From positions 2,197,710 to 2,261,709 of the forward strand of contig NW_003314281.1 of NCBI RefSeq assembly GCF_000143415.4: a DNA stretch of 64,000 nt. The letters are read 5' to 3'. Positions 62,201-64,000 of the stretch are shown here, piece after piece (positions within the stretch are counted from its first letter, which is position 1; each line of letters opens with the position of its first letter). A model generated the notes under the pieces. It was given only the letters and a program-made list of their open reading frames with translations, was not told the DNA's origin and made no database searches. The DNA is from Selaginella moellendorffii. Taxonomy: Eukaryota; Plantae; Lycopodiophyta. Both the position numbers and the translations under genes were made by a program.

Positions 62201-63881
62201 AAATATTACAACCATTTCAATATACTGAGAATAAAAATTACCTTGGATACATGTGAGCTCCCATAGTTGTCCAACCTAATACACGCTCCATATGGTCAAA
62301 ATGTACCCCTACATTGTAGAGATTCACACATCCAATTTTTTATCCTAAACAATATAATGTAGAAAATATATATTTTTGTAATGTACAAATATACCTCCTC
62401 AAACTAGTAGCAAGTTGTACTCCTCGTAGTAAATTCTATAGGCTAACCTTATTTAGTTAAGTCTTTGGTAGCCTAGATTAAGTAGGGTGTTTGCAATAAA
62501 ACCCTTAAAGACGATCTTTTAAACATGCTTTAGAGTTGCAGATAAGTTTCTCATAGTTTCTTTCTGCACAACATCTTTGAAATAGTTGAAAGAACTTTTT
62601 TGTATCCTTTCTTGTATTGGATGCATATATATGTCAACATATACTACAACTCTTCTAGCCATTCCATCCCATGGAAGAATGTTAGGACCCTATCCCTTAC
62701 ATCTTAAGCCAACTAGCTAAAAGGGTGATCACTTGATTGTAGGGCCCTTTCTTTATCCTATTATTCTGATCTATCCTCCCCTTGTCAAAGAATGATCATC
62801 TACAATCATATTTAGGCCATCCTCTAGTCACCATGGTCCTTCTTTTAGGGTTTACCAAACCTTGGTTCTCCCTCTAGATCCACTATGTTAAATATTCCTT
62901 TTGAATATTCTTGCCCTACTCATCAGCCACAAGAATAGAACTGGGCTCCCATACCAATGTTAGGATCCTATCCCTTACATCCTAAGCCAATTTGCTAAAG
63001 GGGGGATCACTTGATTGCAGGGCCCTTTCTTTATCTTATTCTCTTTACCTTGTACCTAACAAAAAAAGTACATCCTAGCCTTGCTGATAGCACAACATAG
63101 AGGAGCATATTTGCAAAATTGACATTTGAATCTAACAGTAATGGTATCACAGGTAGGATGATTGATTGTAAACCCTTGAAAAATATAGAACTTTTTCTGC
63201 GATCTTGATTGCATACTTCATCCATGCAATCTAAATGCTCACCACAATAAACTATAGATACCATACCTTCAAAATGTTGAAAATGTGTGGTTTTAATCTT
63301 GCATCAATTATGGACATTCTGCTTGGTTTCCATCCCCTTCTGTTTAAAACTTATGTTGTTAACAAGAAGTGGTAGCTCAAAAAAAATATTGCCGTTGTAG
63401 GAGGATGGAAGTTTGCTCATGAATCTATACAAAAACAAGCACTTGTCAACTGAGACATGCGAAAACTGGAAAGCATTGTTAATGGCTTTGAATATTGTTG
63501 AAGATGGAGCTAGTGAATTTGACATTGATACTAGCATGGCTTCTCCACTTAAACTAAAAGAAGAGGAGAGGATGACGACTGACTCTTGCTTTACATTCAC
63601 TTTTGCTAGAGTGCATCTTGGCACTTTGATTTGAGATCCAAAAACTCGAATCTCTTTCGATTTAGAATTTTACAAATTTTATTACTGTTTACCCTCACCC
63701 ACACCGGAAAGAAGAAACCTTGAGCATGCAACTATACCGGTGTCATTGTGAATCACAACCTCTAACAAAATAGAGCCAAGACGAAAATCAAAACGCCAAC
63801 ATAAAAAACTTTTGAAAACAATACTTTGAGAAAATAAAAGAGGTGGGTGATCTCGAAAATGTAAAAAAAACCTCTCCATCC
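59204..63881 (-). pseudogene. MULE-like transposase pseudogene, duplicate
   Basis: Copy of 47150-51830. Confidence 0.6.
62680..63061 (-). mobile_element. TRIM, duplicate
   Basis: Copy of 50629-51010 at the equivalent site, so the insertion predates the duplication. Confidence 0.8.
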
Positions 63882-64000
63882 TTCATAATAGTTTTTGGAG
63901 TTCTCTCTCTCTTTATACTATTTGTAAAAATCTATAGTGAAATATAAATTGAAATTCAAGGAGAGCAATATGAAGAATGTTAATAGCATACAAAATGAAT

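Larger units (their letters stand above)
39943..64000 (+). repeat. ~12.05-kb tandem segmental duplication: unit 1 39943-51983, unit 2 51984 to beyond 64000
   Basis: All ORFs recur. Offset is 12041, then 12054 after a 13-bp insertion near 53902, then 12051 after a 3-bp deletion near 59925. Only scattered SNPs. Confidence 0.97.

Overview
Eukaryotic, transposon-dense draft-assembly DNA with four N gaps. It is almost certainly from an early-diverging land plant: Ty3/gypsy elements with tRNA primer sites and very short GT-AG introns (44-65 nt) suggest a Selaginella-like genome (inference). Left part (1-34.4 kb) is a nest of LTR retroelements. It holds four copies of a non-coding family (family 1, 1.15-kb LTRs), two of which form a ~3.1-kb-arm inverted repeat and one of which is complete with a TCCGG TSD inside the protease of a decayed gypsy element. 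It also holds a Tat/Athila-like deletion derivative with ~190-bp LTRs and a tRNA-Trp PBS (family 2). Interleaved are remnants of a Mutator-like (MULE) DNA element linked to a spliced ParB/sulfiredoxin-like (DGNHR) pseudogene and arrays of doubly palindromic 96-bp and 84-bp repeats. Right part (39.9-64 kb) is a near-identical ~12.05-kb tandem duplication. Each unit carries the only intact gene in the window: a 7-exon, 921-aa Crinkler/RHS(CR)-type protein (N-terminal header, STAND/AAA+-like NTPase, PD-(D/E)xK nuclease, basic repeat tail). That gene is bracketed by oppositely oriented MULE transposase remnants, one of which carries a TRIM. Identity statements are by eye; no alignments or searches were run.
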